Shown piece by piece: positions 21,164-31,800 of a stretch of 64,000 nt of DNA (within the stretch, counting starts at the first letter, position 1; the number at the start of each line of letters is the position of its first letter). This DNA comes from an uncultured archaeon (GTDB lineage Archaea > Altiarchaeota > Altiarchaeia > IMC4 > SCGC-AAA252-I15): contig CAZPLO010000001.1 in assembly GCA_964587725.1 (NCBI GenBank), forward strand, positions 96,001 through 160,000, read 5' to 3'. The notes below the pieces were generated by a model, which was given only the letters and a program-made list of their open reading frames with translations, had not been told where the DNA came from and ran no database searches. A program made the position numbers and the translations under genes.

Positions 21164-21868
21164 ATGGAGATGGATTTTCACGTGATACTGGTGGAGCCCC
21201 GGTACGACGGCAACATAGGGAGTGTCGCGAGGGCGATGAAGAACTTCGGATTCAAAGACCTTATTTTAGTGAACCCGCCGGAGATAGGGTCGGAGGGCCG
21301 CCGGAACAGCATGCATGCGAGGGATATCCTGGAGAACGCGAGGAGCGTCGACTCCTTCGACGACGTCGTGGGGGAATATGATTTCCTCGTCGGCACCACC
21401 GCACAGGTGGCGGGCGACGGCAACCCCCTCAGGAATCCCGTTTTCCCGGACGGCCTCGCCAACGCCGTCGAATCCGAGGGTAAAATAGGGCTGTGTTTCG
21501 GCCGCGAAGACTACGGACTGTTGAACGACGAAATAGACCGCTGCGACGTCCTCGTAACCATACCCACGAACCGGGAGTACCCCACGTTGAACCTCTCCCA
21601 CGCCGTCTGCGTCATACTGTATGCGCTGAACCGTGAAGCCAACCGGAAGAGGATGAAGCTGAACAAATTCCGTGAACTCGACGGTGAAAGGAAGCGGGTG
21701 ATGCTCGAATACTACGACGGAATCGTCGACAGAGTATACGACAGAGACTATGAAAACGGCCTGGCCAAGAAAACCTTCCGCCACCTAATAGGCAGGGCGT
21801 TCATATCAGGCAACGAAGCCCAGACACTCATAGGCCTGCTCCGGCACGTCAGGGAGCGGCTTGGTTAG
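21164..21868 (+). CDS. TrmJ-family SPOUT tRNA methyltransferase
   Basis: GNIGSVARAMKNFG, FGREDYGL, YPTLNLSHA. Confidence 0.9.
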   Translation: MEMDFHVILVEPRYDGNIGSVARAMKNFGFKDLILVNPPEIGSEGRRNSMHARDILENARSVDSFDDVVGEYDFLVGTTAQVAGDGNPLRNPVFPDGLANAVESEGKIGLCFGREDYGLLNDEIDRCDVLVTIPTNREYPTLNLSHAVCVILYALNREANRKRMKLNKFRELDGERKRVMLEYYDGIVDRVYDRDYENGLAKKTFRHLIGRAFISGNEAQTLIGLLRHVRERLG

Positions 21869-22380
21869 GAGAGTTTAATCGGCCGTGGCTTGGCAGTGTA
21901 CAGGGTTCCTTTTCCGTAGGGTTTCATCTCAAAAGCGGCTAACACAACCCGGCCCTCCACCAGGCCGCCGATGAAATCCAACGGCTGAACGTCAAGATCC
22001 CACCGGGCCTCGCGTATCCGTTGGCTTAAAAGACCGTCTCCCACCACCTCGTCCCGGGCGTGGACTACATAGTATGCCCTGCGGTCGCCGAGGCTCGGCC
22101 AAAGATCCCGTGCCTCCAACGGGCGGCCCTCGCTCACAGCAGCGTTGCCGGGGTGGTTGTTGAAGTCGCCGACGAACTCGAAACCCCGGCCAACCCATTC
22201 GCGGACGATTCCTTCCTGAGCCCTCGACTTCAACTCCACGGACCCGCCGTCCCCCGGAGGAACCTCGACACAGTCCGTCACCCTGCCTTTTCTGCCGAAC
22301 AACAGCAGACCGTATTCCCTGCCTTCAGCCGCACCCTGCAGTACCAATTCAGACATCCTGGCTGTGACCGACGGCGACAC
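21865..22380 (-). CDS. JAB/MPN-like domain protein, degenerate; start uncertain
   Basis: EYGLLLFG...VGDFNNHP...WPSLGD resembles E-x-GxL..GxxHSHP...PSxxD. Confidence 0.55.
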   Translation of the reverse strand: MSPSVTARMSELVLQGAAEGREYGLLLFGRKGRVTDCVEVPPGDGGSVELKSRAQEGIVREWVGRGFEFVGDFNNHPGNAAVSEGRPLEARDLWPSLGDRRAYYVVHARDEVVGDGLLSQRIREARWDLDVQPLDFIGGLVEGRVVLAAFEMKPYGKGTLYTAKPRPIKLS

Positions 22381-22548
22381 CGAAACCGGCTCCGCGGAGG
22401 AATTGAAGACGTTAAGCTCCGGAGGCGTCCGATTAGGCCGAATCTGGGCATCTAGGTCCTTTCATCTGGCGGCCGCCGGACTCCCTCAGCATGAAGGACT
22501 CTAGGAAGGATTAAGACTTAAAAGCGGTGGCGGCTTATTTATCACACT

Positions 22549-23775
22549 ATGGAAGACAAGGTGTTGCTGGAGCTGGCCGGAGAATATGGGACGCCGTTGT
22601 ACGTGTACGACGGGGATAATATCATTAAACAGTGCAGGGAGTTCAAGAACGCGTTCAAAGACTTCCCGGCTGAAGTGAAGTGCTGCTACGCCGCGAAAGC
22701 GAACACCAACCTGGCGGCGCTCACCCTCATACGAAGGGAAGGCTTCGGAGCAGACGTGGTATCCCGCGGAGAACTGGATGCCGTGCTGAAGGCGGGTTTC
22801 AATGCCGAGGACATAGTGTACACCAGCAACAGCAAGAGCAGAGCCGACCTGGAGGCTGCTGTGGAGGCGGGCGTCAACGTAACCGTCGGAAACACGCACG
22901 AGATTCGGTTGCTGAAGGAGGTGGGAGGCGACAGGGTAGCGTTCCGCGTTAACCCCGACGTCGGAGCAGACACCCACCCCAAAATATCCACTGCGTTGCG
23001 GGGGAGCAAATTCGGATTACACTTCGAAGACGACATAGCATACGATGCCGTGAAGGAGGCGGTGGACAAGGGACTGACGGTGGCTGGGATACACTGCCAC
23101 ATCGGCAGCAACATAAAAGACACCACCGCCTTCAAGGAGGCCGCGGAAAAGATGCTCGATTTCGCGGTGCGGCTGAAGGAACTGGACGTTGAACTGGGGT
23201 TCATAGACTTCGGCGGCGGACTCGGCGTACGATACAATGAAGAAGCGGTTGTGTCGCCTGCGGAGTTCGCGTCAGCCTACAGGCAGAAGATAGAGGACGG
23301 GTTGGAGGGACTAGGATACACGCCTCGGGTGTGGTTCGAGCCGGGCAGATACGTCGTCGCCGAAGCAGGGGTGTTGCTGGCGCGGGTCAACAGCGTCAAG
23401 CAGACCCCTGAAAAGAGGTTCGTGAACGTGGACGCCGGATTCAATGATTTAGTTAGGCCGGCGATGTACGACGCCTACCACCGCATAAGGGTCGCGGGCA
23501 AGGAAGGCTCCGGATTGAAATACGATGTCGCAGGGAACCTGTGCGAGAGCGGGGACATACTCGGCAGGGACAGGATGCTGTCGAAGGTCGAAGCCGGGGA
23601 CCTGCTGGTTATTGAAAACGCAGGAGCATATGGGTTCAGCATGGCGTCCAACTACAACAGCATGCCGTTGCCTGCTGAAGTGCTGGTGCGGAAAGACAGA
23701 GTGGATGTCATAAGGGAGCGCCAGAGCATAGAGGAACTGTACGTCAGGCAGAAGGTCCCCGACGACCTTCTCTAG
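22549..23775 (+). CDS. lysA: Diaminopimelate decarboxylase
   Basis: GTPLYVYD, YAAKAN, SKFG, HCHIGS, DFGGG, EPGR, CESGD, GAYG..MASNYN. Confidence 0.96.
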   Translation: MEDKVLLELAGEYGTPLYVYDGDNIIKQCREFKNAFKDFPAEVKCCYAAKANTNLAALTLIRREGFGADVVSRGELDAVLKAGFNAEDIVYTSNSKSRADLEAAVEAGVNVTVGNTHEIRLLKEVGGDRVAFRVNPDVGADTHPKISTALRGSKFGLHFEDDIAYDAVKEAVDKGLTVAGIHCHIGSNIKDTTAFKEAAEKMLDFAVRLKELDVELGFIDFGGGLGVRYNEEAVVSPAEFASAYRQKIEDGLEGLGYTPRVWFEPGRYVVAEAGVLLARVNSVKQTPEKRFVNVDAGFNDLVRPAMYDAYHRIRVAGKEGSGLKYDVAGNLCESGDILGRDRMLSKVEAGDLLVIENAGAYGFSMASNYNSMPLPAEVLVRKDRVDVIRERQSIEELYVRQKVPDDLL

Positions 23776-23989
23776 ACTCAACAGCAGCCCAGAGTTTGTC
23801 TTTGACGCTGTAGTAGAGTGTCAGCGACGGCAGCAGGAAAAACAGCGACAGAACCCACGACAGCGGGAACTCGACCGTGAAGTCATGGAACGGCGGCACC
23901 ACACCCAACAACGCCAGACTGAACGCAACCATAATACCCAATAGACTCAGCTTAAACCTCCCGCCGTAGGGAACACCACAGCACCGCAT
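23744..23989 (-). CDS. Small two-TM membrane protein
   Basis: Two hydrophobic stretches; 3' end overlaps the lysA end. Confidence 0.5.
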   Translation of the reverse strand: MRCCGVPYGGRFKLSLLGIMVAFSLALLGVVPPFHDFTVEFPLSWVLSLFFLLPSLTLYYSVKDKLWAAVESREGRRGPSA

Positions 23990-23992
23990 CTT

Positions 23993-24163
23993 ATCAAGAA
24001 CCGCCGGTCATAGACCGACGGTAGGATATACTTTTAAGGCGGTTCTTGATAGTAGATTTCCACTGGCCAACACCACCGGTCAATAGACCGGTGGAAATCT
24101 CTGATTTATAAAATATTTAAAATTTTGTTTAAATAGTTTAAACTTTTCTTTAAATTGTTTAAA
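23993..24163. repeat. Two tandem inverted repeats followed by an AT-rich TTTAAA array
   Basis: ATCAAGAACCGCC/GGCGGTTCTTGAT; AGATTTCCAC/GTGGAAATCT; repeated (G)TTTAAA at 24116-24163. Confidence 0.7.
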
Positions 24164-24445
24164 CTACCTGGTGCCGAGGCATTTTATGACGTGCCACCCG
24201 AACTGGGTGCGCACCAGCCCGGATACTTCGCCTTTCTTCAGTGCGAACGCTGCCTGTTCGAATTCGCGGACCATCTTGCCGCGGCCGAACCACCCCAGGT
24301 CACCGCCCCTCCTCTTCGAAGGACACTGTGACTTCTCCTCCGCCAACCTGGCGAAACTCTTTCCCCTCTTCAACTCATCCAACACGGCCTGTGCCTCACC
24401 CTGGTTGCCCACGAGTATGTGGGCGGCGTGAACCTCCTTAACCAT
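24164..24445 (-). CDS. Parvulin-type peptidyl-prolyl isomerase
   Basis: [33 protein letters not shown]. Confidence 0.93.
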   Translation of the reverse strand: MVKEVHAAHILVGNQGEAQAVLDELKRGKSFARLAEEKSQCPSKRRGGDLGWFGRGKMVREFEQAAFALKKGEVSGLVRTQFGWHVIKCLGTR

Positions 24446-24534
24446 AGGATATGAACTAGGAGCAGAACTAATAAAAGTTAGGTTTCCTAACCCCACACAT
24501 AACGTTTTTAGAGAAAGTTGAGAAATGCGGTTAC

Positions 24535-25161
24535 ATGCTGGTCTTCATCGACGAATCAGGAGACGCTGGATTCAAGGTTGGAAAAGGGTCTACCAGGAAT
24601 TTCGTCGTGGCCTGCGTGATATTCGAGGATAGGTTGGATGCCGAGGAAACATCTCTTGAAATAAAGAAATTGAGACGGGATATGGGGAAGACTGAAAGAT
24701 ACGAGTTCAAGTTCTCCAGGTCAGACCATGAGACACGAAAAAGATTCCTAGAGAGAATTAGGAGATGTAAGTTCAAGTACAGGGCCGTCGTCATGGATAA
24801 GGGGAGGATATACGGGAAAGGACTTAGAAGTAGTAAGGAATCCTTCCACAGGTATACAATGAAAATGCTTTTGAAGTACAGCTTAGGAAACATCCAAAAT
24901 GCGACTTTATATGTCGACGGTTCAGGAGACCGTCAGTTCAAGAGAGACACCAATAAGTATTTAACAAGAGAAGTCAATGAGGAAGAGCAGAGAATTAAAG
25001 ACATCAAATTCAGAAATTCTAGGAATAATCAACTACTGCAGCTGGCAGATATGGTTGCTGGCGCAGTCAATTGGTCGTACCGTGAAGACAAAAAAGACGC
25101 TGGGTATTATCGTGATTTGATTAGAAAAAGAGAGGATAATGTCTGGGATTTTGGTTTATGA
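24535..25161 (+). CDS. DUF3800 domain protein (RNase H-like acidic triad)
   Basis: N-terminal FIDESG, central YVDG, C-terminal [10 protein letters not shown]; AT-rich codon usage. Confidence 0.85.
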   Translation: MLVFIDESGDAGFKVGKGSTRNFVVACVIFEDRLDAEETSLEIKKLRRDMGKTERYEFKFSRSDHETRKRFLERIRRCKFKYRAVVMDKGRIYGKGLRSSKESFHRYTMKMLLKYSLGNIQNATLYVDGSGDRQFKRDTNKYLTREVNEEEQRIKDIKFRNSRNNQLLQLADMVAGAVNWSYREDKKDAGYYRDLIRKREDNVWDFGL

Positions 25162-25164
25162 CGG

Positions 25165-25245
25165 GTAGCGGTATGTTGCCCTATCCCAGGGTTCCCTGGG
25201 AACGCAAACCATACGGAGACAGTTCAGACAACACACCTGTGTATT
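25165..25245 (-). ncRNA. Candidate DUF3800-associated structured RNA, convergent to the gene
   Basis: 11-bp stem GGUGUGUUGUC/GGCAACAUACC with two G-U pairs on the minus strand; inner hairpin UCCCAGG/CCUGGGA; TATA-like TTTTTAA upstream. Confidence 0.65.
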
Positions 25246-25387
25246 ATAATCTCCTACTCAGAAGTTAAAAAGAGAGGGTATCCAAAAGAAAAGTATGAAG
25301 GACATATGAAAACGCTTAATTTCAACATTAAAGGCCTAAAAACGTAAAAATAGATGGACAGATGTAGTTGGAGAAAAAGATATTGAG

Positions 25388-25726
25388 ATGGTCAAAAAGG
25401 AGATTACAGCATGCCCAAGGTGTGGCAGTACCAACCTTAGGTTCAGTTCTGCCGGACATGGCTTCGACATAGGTGTAGCCCCCACCACTGTTAGTTGCAG
25501 GGAGTGTGAATGGACAGGAAATCCAATGAATTTCGAGTCGGAGAAGGATTATAAGAGATTTCGTGAAGCTAAAAAAGAAGAGTGGGGGAGCAGGACAGAG
25601 AAAACATTGGAAAAATCCGAGAACAATACAGAAGACATGGCATTGTTCATATTAATCGCAATTATGGTATGTTTAATGATTCTCTTTGGATTTTACACGG
25701 TTCAATCCTGGGCAAGCACACCATAG
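25388..25726 (+). CDS. Zn-ribbon protein with C-terminal TM anchor
   Basis: CPRCGS...CRECEW; hydrophobic tail. Confidence 0.75.
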   Translation: MVKKEITACPRCGSTNLRFSSAGHGFDIGVAPTTVSCRECEWTGNPMNFESEKDYKRFREAKKEEWGSRTEKTLEKSENNTEDMALFILIAIMVCLMILFGFYTVQSWASTP

Positions 25727-25740
25727 AAAAGAATTACCTG

Positions 25741-27039
25741 CTACGGTGTTATCCTGTGTCTGTCCCTCGGGAACAATACACACTCCCGTATGTTGTTCAG
25801 GCCGCAGATTGCGAGTGTGATTCTGCCTGCGCCGATGCTCCATCCGCCGTGCGGGGGCATCCCGTACCGGAACGCCTTCAGGTAGAATTCGAAGTTTTCG
25901 GGGTCGAGGCCGCGGTCCGTCAATGCTTTGACTAGGTCGTCGTGGTCGTGGATACGCTGGGCGCCGGACGCCATCTCCATGCCCATGTAGTCCATGTCGA
26001 ACGCGCTGCAGCGTTCTGGGTCGTCGTCCAGCGGCCGCGAATAGAATGCGCGTATCGCCGTCGGCCAGTGTTTGATGAAAAACGGCTCCTGCAGGAGCTC
26101 GTGGAGTTTCCGCTCCCCCTCAGGCGGAATGTCTTCCCCCCACTTCAACTCCAAGCCGTTGCTGTTCAGCAAATCCAGTGCTTCATCGTATGTGACCCGC
26201 TTGAACGGCAGCTTCGGAACCCTGACTTCGCGGCCGAGGGTCTTCAGCTGCTCCGCGCATTCTTCGTTGACTTTCTCGAGTATGTAGTGGGTGACGCCCT
26301 CCAACTCCTCCAGCACCCCCTCCTCGTCGTCTATGAACGCCTTCTCAATGTCCATCTGGTATATCTCGTTCAAGTGGCGGGGGGTGTTGTGGGGTTCCGC
26401 CCGGAACACCGGCTGCGTGATGAACACCTTGTCCAGGCCGGTGCACATCATCATCTGTTTGTATAGCTGGGGGCTCTGCGCGAGAAACGCCTCCCGTTCG
26501 AAATAGGTTATGGGGAACAGGTTGGTTCCGCCTTCGCTGGCGGCCGCAATAATGCTGGGGGGAGTAATCTCCGTGAAACCCCTGCCTTGGAAGAACTCCC
26601 GGAACGACTCCTGCACCTTCGCCCTAATCCTGAATATTGCTTGGACGTTGGGTTTGCGGACGTCCATGAAACGGCTCTCCAAACGGGTGTCCAAGTCCGC
26701 GTCCACCTTCCCTGTGACGTCCAGCGGCAGAGGCGACTTCGAAACAGCCACTACCTCCAGGGATTCTGGGCTGACTTCCACGCCCCCCGGCGCCTTATTA
26801 TTGACTTTAACTGTTCCTTCGACCTTGACCACAGATTCCTTGCTGAGGCCTCCTATGGCTTCCAACAGTTTCTCGTCTGTGACGCCGTCTTTGGCGGTGA
26901 CCTGTATGAACCCGCCGCGGTCCCTCAGCACAAGGAACTTGAGTTTGCCCATGTCGCGGAGCTCGTGAACCCACCCCGCTAAAACCACGTTTCCGCCGTC
27001 TGAATCGGCCGACACCTCGTCCGAGTAGTGTGAACGCAT
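25741..27039 (-). CDS. aspS: Aspartyl-tRNA synthetase, archaeal type
   Basis: OB anticodon domain, LAQSPQLYKQ, FRAE, SGAQRIH, YGMPPHGG, FPRD. Confidence 0.95.
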   Translation of the reverse strand: MRSHYSDEVSADSDGGNVVLAGWVHELRDMGKLKFLVLRDRGGFIQVTAKDGVTDEKLLEAIGGLSKESVVKVEGTVKVNNKAPGGVEVSPESLEVVAVSKSPLPLDVTGKVDADLDTRLESRFMDVRKPNVQAIFRIRAKVQESFREFFQGRGFTEITPPSIIAAASEGGTNLFPITYFEREAFLAQSPQLYKQMMMCTGLDKVFITQPVFRAEPHNTPRHLNEIYQMDIEKAFIDDEEGVLEELEGVTHYILEKVNEECAEQLKTLGREVRVPKLPFKRVTYDEALDLLNSNGLELKWGEDIPPEGERKLHELLQEPFFIKHWPTAIRAFYSRPLDDDPERCSAFDMDYMGMEMASGAQRIHDHDDLVKALTDRGLDPENFEFYLKAFRYGMPPHGGWSIGAGRITLAICGLNNIRECVLFPRDRHRITP

Positions 27040-27065
27040 CTCATCTATTAATGATTCACCCTATT

Positions 27066-27551
27066 TTAATCGAACACCAGCTCCACCTGCGAATCCGTTA
27101 AGCCGGACACCAGAGCACGGAGGTCCTCCACGTTCATGCGCAGCCTGCGGCGGTCGCCGGCTTCAACCCGTACACGTATGGACTCGCCGCCTGGGCGGTG
27201 GACGGTGTTTATGGACTTAACCCTCGCAGGCGCGATGAACGCCTTCACAGTCTCGTCGAATTCGGATTCGCTCACCACCTTCACGGGCTTGCCGACCCGC
27301 TCCATTATTGTGCGGGCGTTCACCCCCTCCCTGCCTATCAGGTTTCCGACTTCGTCCTGCTCCGTCAACACGATGACGTGGTCTGCGGTGTCGAACGCCC
27401 GGGTGAAGCATGCGCTGTCGCCGAAGAGTTCATAGAGTGTGCGGGAGACTTCCACGTCGAATTCATTGATTGCGCCGGCTGAAAGTTTACCTTCGCATTC
27501 AGGACACAGTATCTGGGATTCCGCGCATCGTCCGCAGACAGGCAGCCTCAT
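27066..27551 (-). CDS. Archaeal NusA-like KH protein with N-terminal Cys4 motif
   Basis: CGRC...CPEC; KH loop LIGREG. Confidence 0.8.
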   Translation of the reverse strand: MRLPVCGRCAESQILCPECEGKLSAGAINEFDVEVSRTLYELFGDSACFTRAFDTADHVIVLTEQDEVGNLIGREGVNARTIMERVGKPVKVVSESEFDETVKAFIAPARVKSINTVHRPGGESIRVRVEAGDRRRLRMNVEDLRALVSGLTDSQVELVFD

Positions 27552-27577
27552 GGAAGAAGAAAGGGCTTCAGCGTATA

Positions 27578-28153
27578 TTAACGGCGGCGGTAGTCTTCCA
27601 CCAGCGGCGTGAACAGGTAGTATTTGCTGTCCCCCCTCAGCTCCTCCACTATCTTGTCCACCAGCACCTTAACGGGGTCGGGGGTGTTTTTCAGGCGGGA
27701 GCGCACGTCGTCGAAGCTCTCGAACGGCTTGATGTTCCTCTCCTCCAGTATCTCCTCGCGGTGTCGTTTCCCTATCTTAGGCAGGGTCTCCAGCTTGTGC
27801 TGGCGGGTGCTTATGCTGCCGGAGGTGTTGTAGAACTTCAAAAACTCCCCTTCGTTCTCCTCCACAATCTTCTTCAGGACGTGGGGCAGCTCCGACTTCG
27901 CCGTGGGGGTGAGCCAGTCGAACTTGATGCGGCGCTCTATGTGGTCTATCTTCTCCCGCGAGTCCTCGCCTATGTAAACCCGTTCGCCGAGGTCGAATGC
28001 GACGCCCTCCTTCGGAGACAACTCCAGAAGCGAGAAGAACTTGTCGCCGACCGCCTGGACGATGGGTTTTCGCTTGTGCGGAGGCACTTCAGACTTGCCC
28101 TTCGGAAGGTAATCTAGTATTCTAACGTGATCGTCTTTTTTCACAGCCACCAC
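27578..28153 (-). CDS. DUF655 family nucleic-acid-binding protein
   Basis: ILDYLP.G, FSLLEL, HKLETLPKIG HhH-like; conserved rpl21e-rpo4-DUF655 order. Confidence 0.88.
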   Translation of the reverse strand: MVAVKKDDHVRILDYLPKGKSEVPPHKRKPIVQAVGDKFFSLLELSPKEGVAFDLGERVYIGEDSREKIDHIERRIKFDWLTPTAKSELPHVLKKIVEENEGEFLKFYNTSGSISTRQHKLETLPKIGKRHREEILEERNIKPFESFDDVRSRLKNTPDPVKVLVDKIVEELRGDSKYYLFTPLVEDYRRR

Positions 28154-28155
28154 CC

Positions 28156-28503
28156 CTAACGGTATTGGTCCACCACGTCGGTTATCTTTTTAATCTCTTC
28201 CTCTGTGTATTTGAAGCGTTCCTTCGCGAATATGGCGCGGATGTCGTCCACTCCCTCAGGCATCAAGTCTATTATCTTAACAATCCGCTCAGGCGACAGC
28301 GTAATGTCCAGGGCGGCTAATTTTTCAGTCATCTCGCCGGCGTCTTTGATACTGACCTTGTTGAACTTTGCCGCGTGGTCGAGCGCCCTCCTCTGCTCGT
28401 ACAGCAGCTCGATTCCCGCGTCCGCGTACTCCTTCTCCTTGGCCTTCAGTATGTCGGAGACCTCCGGCAGAGACACAGGCCTCTCCTCCACAACGTCCAT
28501 CAC
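28156..28503 (-). CDS. rpo4: RNA polymerase subunit Rpo4 (RpoF)
   Basis: YEQRRALDHAAKF, KIIDLMP; gene context. Confidence 0.9.
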   Translation of the reverse strand: MMDVVEERPVSLPEVSDILKAKEKEYADAGIELLYEQRRALDHAAKFNKVSIKDAGEMTEKLAALDITLSPERIVKIIDLMPEGVDDIRAIFAKERFKYTEEEIKKITDVVDQYR

Positions 28504-28784
28504 TCAACCCTCCTCAGGTGCTCCGGCGTCACCAGTATCTTCTTGTCCTGGCCGCCGTCCCGCACGGAAACGAAGTAGGCCCTCCCCTGGCTGCCCACCA
28601 CCTTCCCCGTTAAACCGTTGAACCGGGGGTGCGGTATCTTCTGGAAGGACGGGTTAATGTTTATGGAGACCATGTCGTCTTCCTCAAACTCCTGAAGCAC
28701 GGTCTTTATGCTGAGCTTCCCCTTGTCGCGGGGCTTGACCTTCAAATTCCTGGTCCTCCTCCGATAACCGTTAGAGCCTTTCAT
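28500..28784 (-). CDS. rpl21e: 50S ribosomal protein L21e
   Basis: SNGYRRRTR, PHPRFNGLTG, PEHLR. Confidence 0.95.
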   Translation of the reverse strand: MKGSNGYRRRTRNLKVKPRDKGKLSIKTVLQEFEEDDMVSININPSFQKIPHPRFNGLTGKVVGSQGRAYFVSVRDGGQDKKILVTPEHLRRVE

Positions 28785-28864
28785 TTCACACCATAAAACC
28801 CCATGCGTAGCGCATGGGAGCTTAAGCGGAGTATAATATAGCCGCTTAGGGTATAAAAAGGCAG

Positions 28865-31800
28865 TCAAAACCGTATGGTGCAGCACACGGTTTCGTCGTC
28901 GTATTGGAAGGATTTGCCGTCTTCTAAACCCTCAACCAGGCGTATGGAGTCTGCGCGTACCTCGTTCAATACTGTGTCTTTGAACTCCTTCAGCATCGCC
29001 TCCACCTTCGGGTTCGATGAGACCTCGACTTTGATGCGCTGCAGCTCTCCCAGGCCGTTTTCCTTCCGCAGCTCCTGTATGTGCCGTATCAGGTCCCTCG
29101 CCAGAGCCTCGTTCAACAGGCTTTGGTTGCGTTCCGTCTCTATCAACACGACGCCGTGGGCCGGGCCTTCGCTGAAGTCGGCGGCAGCGTGCTTCTCCGA
29201 CACCAGCAGCCTGATGTCTGATATCATCTCCGGCGTCACCTCAAAATTTTCGAGTTTGCTGCTTTTCCCCGTCTCCTTTATGAACTTTGAGTTGAGGGGG
29301 TTGGAGCGTATAAGCTCCGCCACCCGGTTGGCGTTTTTCCCGTGGACGGGGCCTATGACACTGTAGTCGGGCGACGCCTCATACCTCACATCCGGCAGTT
29401 TGTCCACGAACTCCACCCTCTTGCAGTTCAACTGCTTCACGACGACGTCTCCCAAGCTTTCCACTGCCGAGCGTACGCGGTCGCCGCCTGAAACGGTCAC
29501 CTTCTCTATTGGGTGGCGGAGTTTGATGCCCGCCTCCTGCCTGCAGCGGCTGCCCGCCTCGAAAATCCTGCGCACCACATTCATGTTGGCAAGCAGTTCC
29601 TCATCCACTTTCCCAGGCATCGGCCACGGCACATGGTGTATGCTCGCCGCATCCTCCCTCAGGAGGTTCAAGTATATTTCCTCCGAAATGAACGGCGCCA
29701 ACGGCGCCAACGCCGTGCACAGCCGTTCGAAAACCGTTGACAGCGTTACATACGCGGCCTTCTTGGACGGGTTGATGCTTCCGCCCCGGTCCTCCAGCCA
29801 CATGCGGTCCCGTATCAGCTTGATGTACCATCTGCTGAAGTCCTCCACTATGAAGTCGTAGAGGGCAGACACAGTGTGGTGGTATTCGTTTGCTGCGAGC
29901 GACCTCTTAACCGACTCTGTCATGGAATCCGCGGCGGACAGAATCCACTGGTCCTCCGCCTCCAAATCCTTTTCGTCTATTTCACGGTCGCGGGGGTCGA
30001 AGCCGTCCAGCAGCATGTAGCGGACGGTGAAGGAGTAGCAGTTCCACAGCGTCCGCAGCATCGGTATCACGGATTCGTTGAGGCTGTCGACTCCGAAGCG
30101 CTTCGCGTTCCACGGCGCCGTCGAACACATCTGCAGGCGCACCGCGTCCGCGCCTACGGTGTCGAACAGCTTCCACGGATCTATGATGTTCTGGTTGCTC
30201 TTGCTCATCTTCTCCCCCTTGTCGTCTAATAAGAGTCCGCCTACGACGCAGCTCTTGTACGCCGGCTTCTTGAACAGTACGGTGCTTAAGACGAGGAGGG
30301 TGTAGAACCACCCGCGGGTCTGGTCCATCGCCTCCGAAATGAAGTCGTGGGGGAAGGTTTTCTCGAACAGTTCCTTGTTTTCGAAGGGGTAGTGGAATTG
30401 GGCGAACGTTGCGGAGCCGCTGTCGTACCAGCAGTCTATCACGTATTCGACGCGTTCCATCTCCCGCCCACACCTGCATTTGAGTTTGACTTTGTCCACG
30501 TAGGGGCGGTGCAGGTCCAAATCCTCTGGAACCTCCGAAACAGCGTTTTCACGCAGCTCCTTCCGGGAGCCCACCGCCTTGACCCCCCCGCATTCGCACC
30601 TCCATATGGGAAGGGGTGTGCCCCAGAACCGGTTCCTGCTGAGGCTCCAGTCGCGGGCGTTCTCCAGCCAGTTCCCAAACCGGCCTGACCCTATGGTCTC
30701 AGGATACCATTTTATCCTATTATTCTGTTCGATGAGGTCCGGCACCACCTCGGACACGCGGATGAACCACGACTTCATCGCATAATAGAGTAGCGGGGTC
30801 TTGCAGCGCCAGCAGAACGGGTAATCGTGTTCATACGGGTGCTTGACTATCAGCACGCCCATCTCGTCAAGCCATCCTATTATCTTGGAGTCCGCATCCT
30901 TGGCGAACAACCCATCCAGCTCCGGAATCTCCGAAGTGAATTTGCCGTCCAAGTCTATGGGGTTCACCAGCGGCAGGTCGTTTTCCACACCCACATTGTA
31001 GTCGTCTTCGCCGAACGCAGGAGCGATGTGGACTATGCCTGTTCCCTCTTCGGTTGACACGAAGTCTCCTTTTATGACGCGCCACGCAGGCTTCTCCAGT
31101 TTGTTTACGAAGTGGCTGAACAGCGGGTGGTATTCCAGGCCGACGAGGTCGGAGCCCTTCACCTCCTCGACTATGTCGGCCTCCGGAAACCTGGTTTCAG
31201 CCAGCTCCTTCGCCAGCACGTATTTCTCGCCCCTGTATTTAATAACCGCGTATGTTATGTCAGGACCCACAGCCAAGGCGAGGTTGCTCAGCAGCGTCCA
31301 CGGCGTCGTAGTCCAAGCCAGGAAACTGTAGTCTTTCTCCTTAGCCCGGAATGCGACGATGACTGTGTCCTCCTTCACCGACTTGTAGCCGAGGGAGACT
31401 TCATGGGATGACAGCGGCGTGCCGCATCGGGGGCAGAACGGCACCACCCGGTGGCCCTCGTACAGCAGCTTCTTCTCCCAAAGCTGTTTGAGACTCCACC
31501 ACACACTCTCTATGTAATTATTGTCCATGGTGACGTACGGGTCCTTCAGGTCTATCCAGTACGCCATCCTCTCCGTCAGCGCATCCCACTCCTTGATGTG
31601 GCTGAACACGCTGTCCCTGCATTTCTCCACGAAACGGTCGACGCCGTATTTGAGTATGTCTTTTTTGCTGTTCAAATCAAGCTCCTTCTCAACCTGCACC
31701 TCCACCGGCAGGCCGTGGCAGTCCCATCCCGCCTTACGGGGGACGCTGCTGCCGAGCATGTAGTGGAACCGGTTCACGACATCCTTGAAGGTGCGCATCT

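Noticed and set aside
22400-22548. Lysine riboswitch upstream of lysA
   Set aside because: No recognisable L-box features; the region looks like divergent promoters and the 5' part of the JAB-like gene
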